Below, piece after piece: positions 19,984-31,901 of a DNA stretch of 62,509 bases. Source of the DNA: an uncultured virus (IMG/VR IMGVR_UViG_3300008110_000016). Taxonomy: Duplodnaviria > Heunggongvirae > Uroviricota > Caudoviricetes. The position numbers and the translations under genes are program-made. Numbering within the stretch: position 1 is the first letter of the stretch; every line of letters starts with the position of its first letter. The stretch lies in IMG/VR virus record IMGVR_UViG_3300008110_000016. The stretch is one strand, 5' to 3'. The notes beneath the pieces are model-generated. The model worked only from the letters and a program-made list of their open reading frames with translations, was not told the origin of the DNA and ran no database searches.

Positions 19984-22900
19984 ATGTCATTACCAGTACC
20001 TCCTAATATAGAACAGGGTCAAATTGCTTTAGACCCTGTTAATGGTGTTGTTTATTATAAAGACGATAATGGCAATTTAGTCTCCACCACTTGGTCTTGG
20101 CTCAGAGACGATATGTCACAGATCAGCACTGATGATACCGTGACCATCGACGCTGACCTTACTGTGTCTGGAGACTTAATTATCGAAGGAGATACTGTAA
20201 GTTTAAATGTTGCTTCTGTTTTAATAGAAGATAATATTTTAGTTTTAAATTCAAATTATACAGGTGCACCAATACTTAATGCTGGCATTGAGGTAGAACG
20301 CGGCAGCGAAAACAACGTTCTAATTAGATGGAACGAAGCAGATAATAAGTGGCAATTTACTAATGATGGAATAACTTATTTAGATTTAAATTCTATTATT
20401 GAAAACTCTGTTACTTTAGGTTTGCATACAGTTGGTGATTACGTTAAAAGTTTGGTCGCCGGCACTGGCGTAACAATCTCTAATAATTCTGGAGAAGGTG
20501 CAACTCCAATTATCTCTATTGGACAGGATGTCTCTACTGGGGCTACTCCAACATTTGCTAGAGTAATAGCTCCACTGACAGGAAGTGTAACAGGTAATGT
20601 CACTGGCAATGTTACTGGAAACGTTACGGGAAATCTAACGGGAAATGTAACTGGCAATCTAACTGGTAACGTAACTGGTAACGTAACTGGAAATGTTACT
20701 GGAGATTTAACTGGAGATGTTACAGGTGATGTTACTGGTAATCTAACAGGTGACGTTACTGGTACAGTATCAGATATTTCTAATCATCAAATTAATGATA
20801 TTTCTGATGTTAACATAGTAGATCCAGCCAATGGAGATTTTTTAAGATACAATGGATCCGACTGGATAAACGACCCAGTTAATTTAACTACTGACACTGT
20901 AGGTGATTATGTAGCTAAGCTTGCTGCTGGCACTGGCATAAGCATCACGAATAATTCTGGCGAAGGTGCAACTCCAACTATTACGTTTAGTGGTTCAATA
21001 GATAATGTTTCTGACATTGTTATAACCTCTGCAGTAAATGGACAGCTTTTAGAATTCGATGGGACCAATTGGGTTAATGCTGTAAGACCATCATCGGAAC
21101 CAATTGGACATGAAGATAAAACTGACAGCGTCATTTCCTTTAATGAGTCTACAAGAGAGTTTTCTATTTCGCCGGTCTCAACCAGTTATACCGTATGGTG
21201 TACTGGCAAAAGATATGTTAAAACCTCTACAGAAACTATAGAAATACCAGATACATCTGGTCTTTATTATATTTATTTTAATTCATCTGGTTCGTTAGCA
21301 TATAAAACTACATTTTTTACGTGGGATCAAGATACTCCAACAGCTTATATATACTGGAACGATGTAGATAATAAAGCTTATTTCTTTGCGGACGAACGTC
21401 ATGGTGTCACTTTAGACTGGGCCACGCATGAGTATCTCCACAGAACACGTGGTGCCGCAATTGCAAATGGTTTTGGAGCAAATAATTACACACTCACTGG
21501 TGACGGTAGTTTAGACGCTGACGCTAAAATAGACATAGCTAATGGTACGTTTTTTGACGAAGATCTACAGGTTGATATTGAGCATAGCGCTTCTCCAACA
21601 GTAGATACATGGCAACAGAGGTTGCAATCTGGAGCTTACATACCAGTATTTTATAGGTTAAATAACCACTGGAAAAAAGATACAGCCACTCAATTCCCAA
21701 TTAAAAACGGCGGAACAAGAGCTCAGTACAATCTAAACACAGCTGGTACCTGGTCGGCAACAGCTATTGATAATGCCAAGTATGGCGTAATGTTCTTAGT
21801 TGCTACTAATAACTTAAATGAACCAGTTCTGGCTATAATGGGACAACAGCAGTATACAGATCAGGGTTCAGCAGAAGCGTCAACTTGGGATGAATTAGAT
21901 TTAGCTGGATTCCCCGTAGTAGAATTTAGACCTCTTTATAAAATTGTTTTTCAAACAGCAACAGCATACGCTAATGGTCCAAAAACAAGATTTGTAAACT
22001 TATTAGATCTAAGACAAATAATAGCATCCGGTGCTGGAGGTTCTTCTACAGCAGTTTCTGACCACGGTTCTTTGACTGGTCTTTTAGATGATGATCACAC
22101 ACAATACTTGCTTGCAGATGGCACAAGAACTGCTACATCACTAACTGTATCTGGATCAATTACAACTTCAAGTTTAATACTTGATGGAATAGAAATAGAC
22201 GCAGCTACACCATCTGATACAAACGTACTTAAATATGATGCAGGATTAAATAAATATATTCCTGGTGTAGCATCAACCGTAGCTGCACTTGACGACTTAA
22301 CCGATGTAGTAATATCTTCAGCTACACCAAATCAAGTATTAAAGTATGATGGAACAAACTGGGTTAATGCAGTTAGCCCTTCATCTGTTGAAGGAACGAC
22401 ACATTTTTCAACAATAGGCAATGGATCAGATTCTACCTTCACCATAACCCATGGCCTTTCAACAAGAGACGTTGTAGTTTCTTTTACCGAAACAACGTCA
22501 CCATATGCTTCATTTAGCACTTTATGGGAGGCTACAACTTTAAATGCTATTACAGTTTATTTTGAAGCCCCACCTTCAGCCAATAGCGTTAGAGTAAGTA
22601 TTTATGCTGCTGTTTCTGGAGTTGCAATTACAACTGATTTAGACTCACTTAATGACGTTTCTTTAAGTGGATTAGCCAATGGTGACTTCTTAAGGTACAA
22701 CGGTTCAGCTTGGATAAATGATCCAGTAAACCTTTCAACCGATACGGTTGGAGATTATGTTCAATCTCTTGTTGCAGGAACTGGAGTTACAATAACTAAC
22801 AACTCTGGTGAGGCTACGACTCCAACAATTCAAATAGGTCAAGATGTAGCAAGCTCTGCAACTCCTACATTTGGAGCATTAAATGTATCTGGAGAAATTA

Positions 22901-23088
22901 GTTCTCCTGGAATTACTGTAACTGGAACAGCTAGCATAAGTGTACTTTCCGTTAACTCAACACAAATAGATACATCTGGAGCGTCATCTGGTCAAGCGCT
23001 TATATTTAATGGAACAAGCTTTAGTCCAGGATCTCCTGCTGCAGATACTAGAGATATAGAAGTAAAATTAGCAATGAACGTAGATTAA
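19984..23088 (+). CDS. tail fibre / structural protein with G(N/D)(V/L)T repeats
   Basis: Fibre-like motifs (LDDLTDV, GDFLRYNGS.W.N, LVAGTGVTI) and internal duplications. Confidence 0.8.
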   Translation: MSLPVPPNIEQGQIALDPVNGVVYYKDDNGNLVSTTWSWLRDDMSQISTDDTVTIDADLTVSGDLIIEGDTVSLNVASVLIEDNILVLNSNYTGAPILNAGIEVERGSENNVLIRWNEADNKWQFTNDGITYLDLNSIIENSVTLGLHTVGDYVKSLVAGTGVTISNNSGEGATPIISIGQDVSTGATPTFARVIAPLTGSVTGNVTGNVTGNVTGNLTGNVTGNLTGNVTGNVTGNVTGDLTGDVTGDVTGNLTGDVTGTVSDISNHQINDISDVNIVDPANGDFLRYNGSDWINDPVNLTTDTVGDYVAKLAAGTGISITNNSGEGATPTITFSGSIDNVSDIVITSAVNGQLLEFDGTNWVNAVRPSSEPIGHEDKTDSVISFNESTREFSISPVSTSYTVWCTGKRYVKTSTETIEIPDTSGLYYIYFNSSGSLAYKTTFFTWDQDTPTAYIYWNDVDNKAYFFADERHGVTLDWATHEYLHRTRGAAIANGFGANNYTLTGDGSLDADAKIDIANGTFFDEDLQVDIEHSASPTVDTWQQRLQSGAYIPVFYRLNNHWKKDTATQFPIKNGGTRAQYNLNTAGTWSATAIDNAKYGVMFLVATNNLNEPVLAIMGQQQYTDQGSAEASTWDELDLAGFPVVEFRPLYKIVFQTATAYANGPKTRFVNLLDLRQIIASGAGGSSTAVSDHGSLTGLLDDDHTQYLLADGTRTATSLTVSGSITTSSLILDGIEIDAATPSDTNVLKYDAGLNKYIPGVASTVAALDDLTDVVISSATPNQVLKYDGTNWVNAVSPSSVEGTTHFSTIGNGSDSTFTITHGLSTRDVVVSFTETTSPYASFSTLWEATTLNAITVYFEAPPSANSVRVSIYAAVSGVAITTDLDSLNDVSLSGLANGDFLRYNGSAWINDPVNLSTDTVGDYVQSLVAGTGVTITNNSGEATTPTIQIGQDVASSATPTFGALNVSGEISSPGITVTGTASISVLSVNSTQIDTSGASSGQALIFNGTSFSPGSPAADTRDIEVKLAMNVD
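20578..20766 (+). repeat. 12-bp / 4-aa tandem coding repeat (TG[ND][VL])
   Basis: About 15 degenerate ACNGGNRAYNTN units. Confidence 0.85.
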
Positions 23089-23130
23089 GTTTGAGGACTT
23101 AATCTTTAAAAGAAAGGAATGGTTGAGGCC

Positions 23131-23950
23131 ATGCCAAATTTTTATAACCTACTAAGAGCAAGAAAATTTAGTACAGCCGCTGACACAGCAGTAGAGATAG
23201 CTCCTTCATCTAGCGCAACACCTAACTTTGTAATTGAGGCTGGACGGAAAATTAAAATGGAGTTCTGGTTCAGCTAATGCTGATACTAATTTATATAGAT
23301 CAGCATCTAATGTTTTAAGAACAGATGATAGCTTTGATATAGCTTCTGGTCATACCTATAAGATAGATGGAGACGATGTTTTGTCTGCAACTACCTTGGG
23401 AGATACTATTGTAAATTCATCTCTAACTTCTTTAGGGACATTAACTTCTTTAAATGCTGCTACACCTACGTTTACTGGACCATTAACATCTTCTGGTCCT
23501 TCAACGTTTTCTTCTACGTTAACTGCAGCTACTCCTAATTTTACTGGTCCTGCTACTTTTACTGGTAGAACTGACATATCAGAAATGAGAGAAACGATAT
23601 ACCCTTCTTCTGTTTCTGGTGGAGTTTTGACCTGTAACTACAATAATGGTTGTGTATTTTACCTCCCAAGCGGTGCTAGTAGTACATTCATAGTAGAAAT
23701 TTCTAATGTTCCAACAGATAATAACTATGCCACTACAATTTCAATTATAGTTAATCAGGGATCACCAGCGGGCTACCCGAGTCCAACTACATTAAACATT
23801 AACGGTTCCGCAGTATCAATTAAATGGGCAAACAGCACAGCTCCTACTTCTGGTAATACAAATAGAGTTGACATATGGAACTTCACTTTAATTAGATATA
23901 GTGATTCATGGACAGTTCTCGGAAGCGAGAGCAAGAATTACGGAGCGTAA
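23131..23950 (+). CDS. tail-associated structural protein (about 272 aa), +1 recoded at CGGA 23245-23248
   Basis: ATG 23131 after GAGG; FVIEAG-G-KLKWSSGSANADTNLYRS. Confidence 0.85.
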
Positions 23951-23953
23951 GAC

Positions 23954-25097
23954 ATGCCTTTCATTGGCTCTGTAGGTGGATCTAGATCTGGTAGATTGTT
24001 TTCAATTGGAGCAAAACCTGGTATTCCACAGTCTGTATCGCTTGCCATAAATGGAGCTGGATCCATGGCTGTTACTTATACTGCTCCAGCAAGTAATGGT
24101 CGGAGTACCAATTACTTCGTATGAATACTCAACTAACGGCGGATCCACTTGGACTACTGCTCCTTCTAACCCATTTACAGTTAGTGGATATGGAAATAAT
24201 GCAAATGTTTCTGTTTTAGTTAGGGCCAAAAATCCAATTGGAGCAGGTGATTCAACTTCTGGTTCTGGAGTTACCGCAAATGTCCCTTCTGCGCCTTCGC
24301 TGTCAATGACAGATACTGGTACTACTGTTGATTGGTCTTGGACTGAACCATCTAATGGAGGATTGGCAATAACTAATTACGAATACTCTATATCAACAAA
24401 TAATGGTACATATCCTGGGAATTCTAGCACTACGTCTCTTGGTTATCCTAGCTCTATTTCAAATACAAGAAACACTAGTTATTATAAACTAAAAGTAAGA
24501 GCAGTTAATGCAGCAGGACCTGGACCATACTCGGAGTCTGCAAATTCAACAGCTTGGGCCTTGACTTCTGAAACTAAAACTGTATCAGAAACTGGACAAA
24601 ACGAAGCATGTACATCAACAGGATGCGGAACATGTGGATGTCAGGGCCGCGAAAGAAGTAAGACCAGATCTAAGAATCAAAGAAAAGATACATATACTAG
24701 AGCTGGAATAGATGATGTAGTAGACTGGTATGATACTTCTTCTTATCCAGAGTGGAGCACCATTTCGTTTGGCTCTTGCTATAATATTGGAAGCTGTAGC
24801 GAAACAACGTCAAATAACAACTATGAAGATTTACCAGAAGTTGACTGGGGCACAGCTATAAACACTGGCATGGTAGTATATGTAGGTTGGTATACTGGAG
24901 GTCCAGAAAATGAAGCATATAGGTACGCAAGTCCGGTATTTGGTTGGTATGTATCAGACTCAGCGGGCAACGCTACTGTAACTTGTGCTGGTGGTAGTGG
25001 ACTCTTGGTGTCAGATGGCATAAAGCACTGTAACATATGTGGAAACGATAAATATATCCCATATGGCGCAACATGTAGTATATTTAGCTGCTGTTAA
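23954..25097 (+). CDS. fibronectin type III domain structural protein (about 380 aa), +1 recoded at CGGA 24101-24104
   Basis: YTAPASNG-G-VPITSYEYS matches the gene's own second repeat WTEPSNGGLAITNYEYS. Confidence 0.9.
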
Positions 25098-25128
25098 TAT
25101 GGTATAATTATAAAAAAGGATTTAAAGT

Positions 25129-25353
25129 ATGACAAACCCAAATTTTGTATTTGTAATTGAAGGAGAAGTCGCAGGTAATTTTAAATTTCCTGTAATGGGG
25201 TTAGACGAAAATGGAATTCAACTCCCAATGCCTCCTGGTATGGAAGAGATGATTGCAATATTTAGAAGTCGTCCGATTATAATAGAAACAGTAGATGAAA
25301 TTCCTAAAGGTTCTATGTGGGATGGAGAGAACTTTACCCCTCCTACAGAGTAA
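25129..25353 (+). CDS. hypothetical protein
   Basis: ORF with AAGGA SD; ends WDGENFTPP. Confidence 0.7.
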   Translation: MTNPNFVFVIEGEVAGNFKFPVMGLDENGIQLPMPPGMEEMIAIFRSRPIIIETVDEIPKGSMWDGENFTPPTE

Positions 25354-25357
25354 TTTT

Positions 25358-25606
25358 ATGACTAATCCTTGGCAAGAATGGAAAAAGAAAAACGCAGAAC
25401 GTCAAGCTTCTGGTGTTGTCCGTCCATGGGATGTGTTTAATCCAGACACAGAATACGCAGATAACCCAACCGCATTAGATAGATGGAATATCTGCAAAGA
25501 CTGTCCAGAATTAATGGCGACAACTGGCCAATGTAAAAAGTGTGGATGTTTTATGAAGCTAAAAGTAAAGCTTAAAGAAGCTACCTGTCCAATTAATAAT
25601 TGGTAG
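25358..25606 (+). CDS. Cys-rich protein (DUF6171-like)
   Basis: R..IC..CP...CKKCGCFM..K....CP...W. Confidence 0.75.
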   Translation: MTNPWQEWKKKNAERQASGVVRPWDVFNPDTEYADNPTALDRWNICKDCPELMATTGQCKKCGCFMKLKVKLKEATCPINNW

Positions 25607-25981
25607 TTACTTCTTAATTAGATCGTTAGGTATAATCCAAAGCTTGCAAATAGCATTCGCTTCGATCTTACCTGCTACTATCTCGCAGCCCTGACCACCC
25701 ATAAAAAAGACGCAGTTAGAACAAACTAATCCTTCTTTAATAAAAGGATTCTTTGCAGCTGGTGCATAGTGAGCACCATTGCCTAGGGCTGTTTGATCAA
25801 ACTTACCATGCATTTCTACACATGATTCGTATTGTTCATACATCATTTTTTGACGATCATTTAATTTTTCTTCAGGATCGTCTGGATCCTCTTCGTCTTC
25901 TGGTTCTTCTTCTGGCATTTCCTCTTCGGGCATTTCTTCATCATCTGGTGAAGAGTATTCTGATAACCAATAGTTAGGCAT
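25607..25981 (-). CDS. HiPIP-like four-Cys protein
   Basis: CSNCVFF...GCEIVAGKIEANAICKLW. Confidence 0.65.
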   Translation of the reverse strand: MPNYWLSEYSSPDDEEMPEEEMPEEEPEDEEDPDDPEEKLNDRQKMMYEQYESCVEMHGKFDQTALGNGAHYAPAAKNPFIKEGLVCSNCVFFMGGQGCEIVAGKIEANAICKLWIIPNDLIKK

Positions 25982-26298
25982 TATTTTCTGTATCCTTTAA
26001 CTACTCCGTCTGGAATGGCAGCTAAGCGACAATATCCATTGTCTTCTACTTGTCCAGCTGCAATCTTACAGACACCATTACCTTCATAAAAGGCACAGTT
26101 ACCGCACTTAACTCCAATTGTTAAATTATCATTTTCTGTGCCGGGAACATAACCAACCCATATGCCATTGCTGTCACCGTTAGATAGTTTTCCGTATTTA
26201 GCTACGATACCTAACATGGCATTAACATATTCTTGTTCTGCTGGAGGAAGCTTTCCTTCCATTTCTTCTAACAGTTCTGCTAACCAATAGTCTTTCAT
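25981..26298 (-). CDS. HiPIP-like four-Cys protein (paralogue)
   Basis: CGNCAFY...VCKIAAGQVEDNGYCRL; similar N-terminus MxxYWLxE. Confidence 0.65.
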   Translation of the reverse strand: MKDYWLAELLEEMEGKLPPAEQEYVNAMLGIVAKYGKLSNGDSNGIWVGYVPGTENDNLTIGVKCGNCAFYEGNGVCKIAAGQVEDNGYCRLAAIPDGVVKGYRK

Positions 26299-26374
26299 CT
26301 TTTACCCCTAAAAGTTCCTTGCATATAACCAATGCCATAGGCTGCAACACAGCATACATATAATAAAATAAAAC

Positions 26375-26593
26375 TCATGTAGCCTCTACTTTTTCTGGTT
26401 TTGGAATACAGCCTCTACTGCAATATGAGACACCTTCGTGTTCATATATTATACCTTTTATTAAGTTTCTTTTACAAATAGGGCAGCTAAATCCCTCTGT
26501 CATCAAACCCATATAATATACAGCTTTTCCTGGTAGTGTAACTACTTCTTTTTTATTAGTTGAATTAACTTTTGCAGGCTTTTTGCCAGCCAT
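26375..26593 (-). CDS. small zinc-finger protein
   Basis: CPIC...YCSRGC; GGAGG SD before MAGKK. Confidence 0.6.
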   Translation of the reverse strand: MAGKKPAKVNSTNKKEVVTLPGKAVYYMGLMTEGFSCPICKRNLIKGIIYEHEGVSYCSRGCIPKPEKVEAT

Positions 26594-26639
26594 CACATAC
26601 CTCCAAACATTGGTTACTATAGGTAAATAGTAATGCAAG

Positions 26640-28295
26640 ATGGAGTTTTTTATGGCTTGGATGAATTTTGATGATTTTTTAAATCAAAATCCACAATTAA
26701 AAGTTACAGGAACAGAGGGTCCAGCTGCTCCATTGTCTTTAACAAATGATAAACCAGCTATAAAAAGAAAAGGTAATGTTAAAATACCTAAAGCCGGCCC
26801 CAATAACCCACCAGGTAAAAAAACAAACACCAAAGCTAGAAGGCAAAGTAGAGTTTTAAATTCACTATCTCAACTTGGAGAAGGTGGTCCTAAAAATGCT
26901 GAGCCATTTGAGCCCGTAACAACTCAAATGGTACAAAGAGACACAAGACTTCATCTTACAAGAAATCTTTCAGACAGACTAGATGAGGCAAATGCTGCTG
27001 GTGATCGTTCTGAGCAGAACAGACTCAGGCGTTTGATGCGCAATTTAGAAGAGTTAAAAAAGGCAAAAAGAAGGCCGTTTAATTCTCCTGGTGTACTAGA
27101 TGATCTTCAGAATAAAATTGCAAGAGATAGAGCAGCTGATCCGCAAAGAGCTTTAGCTAGAAGCTTAATAGAAGATACATTAGATCTTGAGGTCAATATG
27201 TATGACCCAAGAGCTGCTAGATGGTCAGCTTTCTTGGCTGATGAAAATACAGCGGAAAGATTAGATATAGGCTCCTCGGTAAAATTAAGAGATGTAAAAA
27301 CAAATCCTAAAAAATTCCGTCCAGCCAATAAATCTCAAAGAGCAGAAGCTAAAAAAATTGCTAGGGCAAAGCATAAAGAATATTTAAGAACAAATCTAAA
27401 AGAGCATGAGAAACTCTTTATGAGAGGACTTGCAGATGACATTGGAACTGGTATGGGCGTTCCGTTTTATGCAAAATCTGGTGGAAGAAAAATACCCATG
27501 CTTCAAGGCATGGAAGATACTGGATTGCCCGCAGGAAGTAATCAAAGGGCTTCGGCTGTCAAGCAAGCTATAGCAAACTTAGAAGTAGATTCTTTAGGAA
27601 TAGCTAGTTCACCAGACGCTTTAACTAAAGTAAGCGTTGCTGAGGGTAGAAGTAATTTACTAGGAAGAATTAATGTAAATCTACCATATGACGCTATGCC
27701 TTCAAGCCCAACTGGTAATTGGTCAGTCCAAAAAAACTACAAAGAAAGAATGTTAGCTTATCAAGAAGAAGCAAAAATATTAAAAGAACAAAGAAAGATA
27801 AAAAGTAGACAAGTTAGTCAAATGTATGAGGATGAAAGATTCTTTAAAATGTCACATCAAGCTCTTGATCCATTTGTATCTAACGACACTAGATTTGTAA
27901 ACATTGGAAGAGGATTGCCTCCAATGCTTCAGGGTATGGATTATTCAGATTCAATGTATCAGCCAGTGGCCAGAAAAATTCAAACTCAACCAAATAATTA
28001 TACCCCTTCTTTCGTAAGAAGGTTAGAGCAGATGAATCAAGCATCTGCTAGTATTTCCTCTAGCCCAATGCCAGGTTCTAGTGCGGTAGCTGGCGCAACA
28101 GACAGTACTACAAGAGCTGGATCACGAGTAGCTGAGATGCTAGGAGAAGATACTGTGAGAGCAGCAAGTGTTATACATAGCTCTAAGCTTAACTATGCAG
28201 CTGTTGGCTTAGCTGGAATGGCAGCAGTATTTGGTATCGCTTCTGCTGGAAGACAAAGAAAGAATTTCGAACAAGAAGTTCAAAATAGGTTTTAA
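26640..28295 (+). CDS. hypothetical protein, possible internal virion protein
   Basis: 551 aa ORF with TTACTATA upstream and a hydrophobic C-terminal helix. Confidence 0.75.
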   Translation: MEFFMAWMNFDDFLNQNPQLKVTGTEGPAAPLSLTNDKPAIKRKGNVKIPKAGPNNPPGKKTNTKARRQSRVLNSLSQLGEGGPKNAEPFEPVTTQMVQRDTRLHLTRNLSDRLDEANAAGDRSEQNRLRRLMRNLEELKKAKRRPFNSPGVLDDLQNKIARDRAADPQRALARSLIEDTLDLEVNMYDPRAARWSAFLADENTAERLDIGSSVKLRDVKTNPKKFRPANKSQRAEAKKIARAKHKEYLRTNLKEHEKLFMRGLADDIGTGMGVPFYAKSGGRKIPMLQGMEDTGLPAGSNQRASAVKQAIANLEVDSLGIASSPDALTKVSVAEGRSNLLGRINVNLPYDAMPSSPTGNWSVQKNYKERMLAYQEEAKILKEQRKIKSRQVSQMYEDERFFKMSHQALDPFVSNDTRFVNIGRGLPPMLQGMDYSDSMYQPVARKIQTQPNNYTPSFVRRLEQMNQASASISSSPMPGSSAVAGATDSTTRAGSRVAEMLGEDTVRAASVIHSSKLNYAAVGLAGMAAVFGIASAGRQRKNFEQEVQNRF

Positions 28296-29306
28296 TTAAT
28301 CTCTCCAGAGCCATTCGGGATGCTTCTTGGTCCACTCTACAGTGGTCTGTAATGATTGTTCTAGTGGCATAGGAGCCTTCCAACCAGCTTCAGCTAGTTT
28401 ACTTCCATCAAGCGCATAGCGCAGGTCGTGTCCAGGTCTAGTAGTGTGGAAGTCTTCAAATTTAAACTTTAATTCTTTGCCCCAAAACTCGGCAACTAGT
28501 TCAGCCATTTCAAGGTTGTCCACTTCTCTTTCACCAACAATATGATACTTGTCTGGTCTATCAGAGTTTGGATAGGCGACTGGTGGAAGATTCTTGAGAA
28601 TAAACAAAAGCGCATCAGCTTGATTTCTTGCGTGAAGATAGTATCTTGATCCGACTTTGTCTACTGTTCCATGAATTGTCATGGGGATATTCTTTTCCAA
28701 GCAATACATGATCTTTGGAACAAACTTTTCAGGATCCTGACGTTCACCAATAATATTCATCGTGTTTGTAATAACAACTGGAACACCAAAAGTTCTCCAA
28801 TAAGAAATACATGCTGCTTCTTGTGCCGCCTTTGAAGCCGAGTAGGGATTAGAAGGCAAGATTGTATCCCACTCTTTGTGAGCATAGCCGTCTGGTGCTG
28901 GACCATAAACTTCGTCTGTAGACACATGCAAGAAAATTTCTGGTTGAATTTTACGTGCAAGCTCCAGCATATTAACGACAAGCGCTACGTTATTTAATAT
29001 AAATGGCGCAGGATCAGTAATAGATCTATCGACATGTGAATCAGAAGCCATTGAAATAATATAATCAACATGACCAATTTCTTTAATCATTACGTCAGAA
29101 AAAGGAACAGTAAGATCATGAGTAATAAGCTGAACACGGTGACGCTCTGCTTCCCAACATCCGATTGAAGTTATTCTGTCAGTAACTCCACGATGACGGA
29201 ATGAGTCACTGATAATGACATCCCAATCTGTGGTCTTTAGAATGTGCTCTAGCGTGTGGTGTCCAACGAATCCGCCAGCACCTGTTAATAATACTTTCTT
29301 ACTCAT
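28296..29306 (-). CDS. rfbB: dTDP-glucose 4,6-dehydratase-like NAD-dependent epimerase/dehydratase
   Basis: TGAGGFVG, SHVDRSI, STDEVYG, PYSASKA, RPGHDLRYA. Confidence 0.9.
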   Translation of the reverse strand: MSKKVLLTGAGGFVGHHTLEHILKTTDWDVIISDSFRHRGVTDRITSIGCWEAERHRVQLITHDLTVPFSDVMIKEIGHVDYIISMASDSHVDRSITDPAPFILNNVALVVNMLELARKIQPEIFLHVSTDEVYGPAPDGYAHKEWDTILPSNPYSASKAAQEAACISYWRTFGVPVVITNTMNIIGERQDPEKFVPKIMYCLEKNIPMTIHGTVDKVGSRYYLHARNQADALLFILKNLPPVAYPNSDRPDKYHIVGEREVDNLEMAELVAEFWGKELKFKFEDFHTTRPGHDLRYALDGSKLAEAGWKAPMPLEQSLQTTVEWTKKHPEWLWRD

Positions 29307-29700
29307 TTTCGTATAATTCCTTGTATTTCTTTGGGTTTCTTTTTTTCATTTGTAGTTTTCTTTTTGCTTCCTTGCAAAGCTCACAACGACATCTATGTTC
29401 ATTATACATGTTAACAGTACCGTGCTGTGGCTTTGGTCTTTCAGCAATTGTTTTTTTTAAATGACACGACTTACAAAGAACCTGACAGTTTGATAATTCT
29501 TTCTGTCTAGCTTCTGCTGTTCTACTCCATATAGAACCAGTGTGCATAGTCTTTAGTGCTGGGTTTATATGATCTACTTCTAGTTGTTCCCAAGAACCAC
29601 AGTGTTTACATGGACCATTTTCCGACACCCATTCTTGGCGTCGACTTCTCATCCATTCTCTTTGGTACTTTTGTTTTTTTTCTAGTTTAGTTGATTCCAT
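29299..29700 (-). CDS. HNH endonuclease
   Basis: CKHCG...EVDHI...NCQVLCKSCH plus HGT..Y...CRC..C. Confidence 0.9.
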   Translation of the reverse strand: MESTKLEKKQKYQREWMRSRRQEWVSENGPCKHCGSWEQLEVDHINPALKTMHTGSIWSRTAEARQKELSNCQVLCKSCHLKKTIAERPKPQHGTVNMYNEHRCRCELCKEAKRKLQMKKRNPKKYKELYENE

Positions 29701-29715
29701 AATTTTATATTTAGA

Positions 29716-29792
<77 letters not shown>

Positions 29793-29798
29793 AAAACT

Positions 29799-30038
29799 TT
29801 ATTTGAGTGGCTGACCTTTGTCATCTAAGTCGTATCCGCCAAATTTAATTTCAGAACATGTTTGCTCTAGTATACCAGCAATATCCTTAGTTAGATCAGG
29901 AAAGTTTTCTTTTGAAAAAACATAGATATCATTCAGTGCATCTGTAATTCTTAGTGACGCACTGTGTATTTTTTCATGTGGAAGATTGGTCTGATTTAAC
30001 TTTTCGTAAATTTTTTTATATGTTCTTGTATAGTTCAT
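29799..30038 (-). CDS. hypothetical protein
   Basis: ORF ending 6 nt before the tRNA. Confidence 0.65.
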   Translation of the reverse strand: MNYTRTYKKIYEKLNQTNLPHEKIHSASLRITDALNDIYVFSKENFPDLTKDIAGILEQTCSEIKFGGYDLDDKGQPLK

Positions 30039-30405
30039 TTATTTTTTCCTCTTTTGGATGAACCATTTTAGCTGATACCAAAAGACTATCAGTAAACTTT
30101 AGGTCATACTCCAACCAGAAGTTGGTTCCATTGTCATCTAAGTATACCACCGTGCTAATAAGTATATGTCCGTGTTGGTATATTTTATTATACACCGGCT
30201 CTTCATCTGATTCAAAGTCAGGAAAATCGGCACAAAAAATTCTGCCAATATTGTCTACATGATATCTATACATCAGACACTCTAGGTCTTTTGTCTGAAA
30301 TCCATCCTCATTTATGGCACTATAAATAAAGCTTTTATACTCTTCTGGAACATAAGATTCTATAGGCAGAGGGTAATCAATTGTAAAATAATCAAACATT
30401 CCCAT
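30016..30405 (-). CDS. hypothetical phage protein (MGMFD family)
   Basis: MGMFD...FQTKDLEC motif. Confidence 0.75.
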   Translation of the reverse strand: MGMFDYFTIDYPLPIESYVPEEYKSFIYSAINEDGFQTKDLECLMYRYHVDNIGRIFCADFPDFESDEEPVYNKIYQHGHILISTVVYLDDNGTNFWLEYDLKFTDSLLVSAKMVHPKEEKINELYKNI

Positions 30406-30482
30406 GCGTATATTATAGCAGTTTTTCGGTGGTCTGAGGTCCTAGTGAATAAAACAGTTACTATATATATAAATTAAGTTAA

Positions 30483-31797
<1,315 letters not shown>

Positions 31798-31901
31798 GGT
31801 CCTACTGTTAAACTTTTCTTTGTATGAAATTTTTTAATTCCATAAAATTAAGAAATGTGTAAAAGTGGATTTGGCCTCGAAAATTTTTTTTACTTTTTAC
31901 C

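Noticed and set aside
16797..20657. Antisense ORFs such as 16797-17552, 19284-19559, 20439-20657
   Set aside because: Shadows of low-complexity Thr/Gly-rich + strand genes.
20578..20766. Tandem repeat as CRISPR array or origin
   Set aside because: Degenerate at third codon positions with no spacers; it is a protein repeat.
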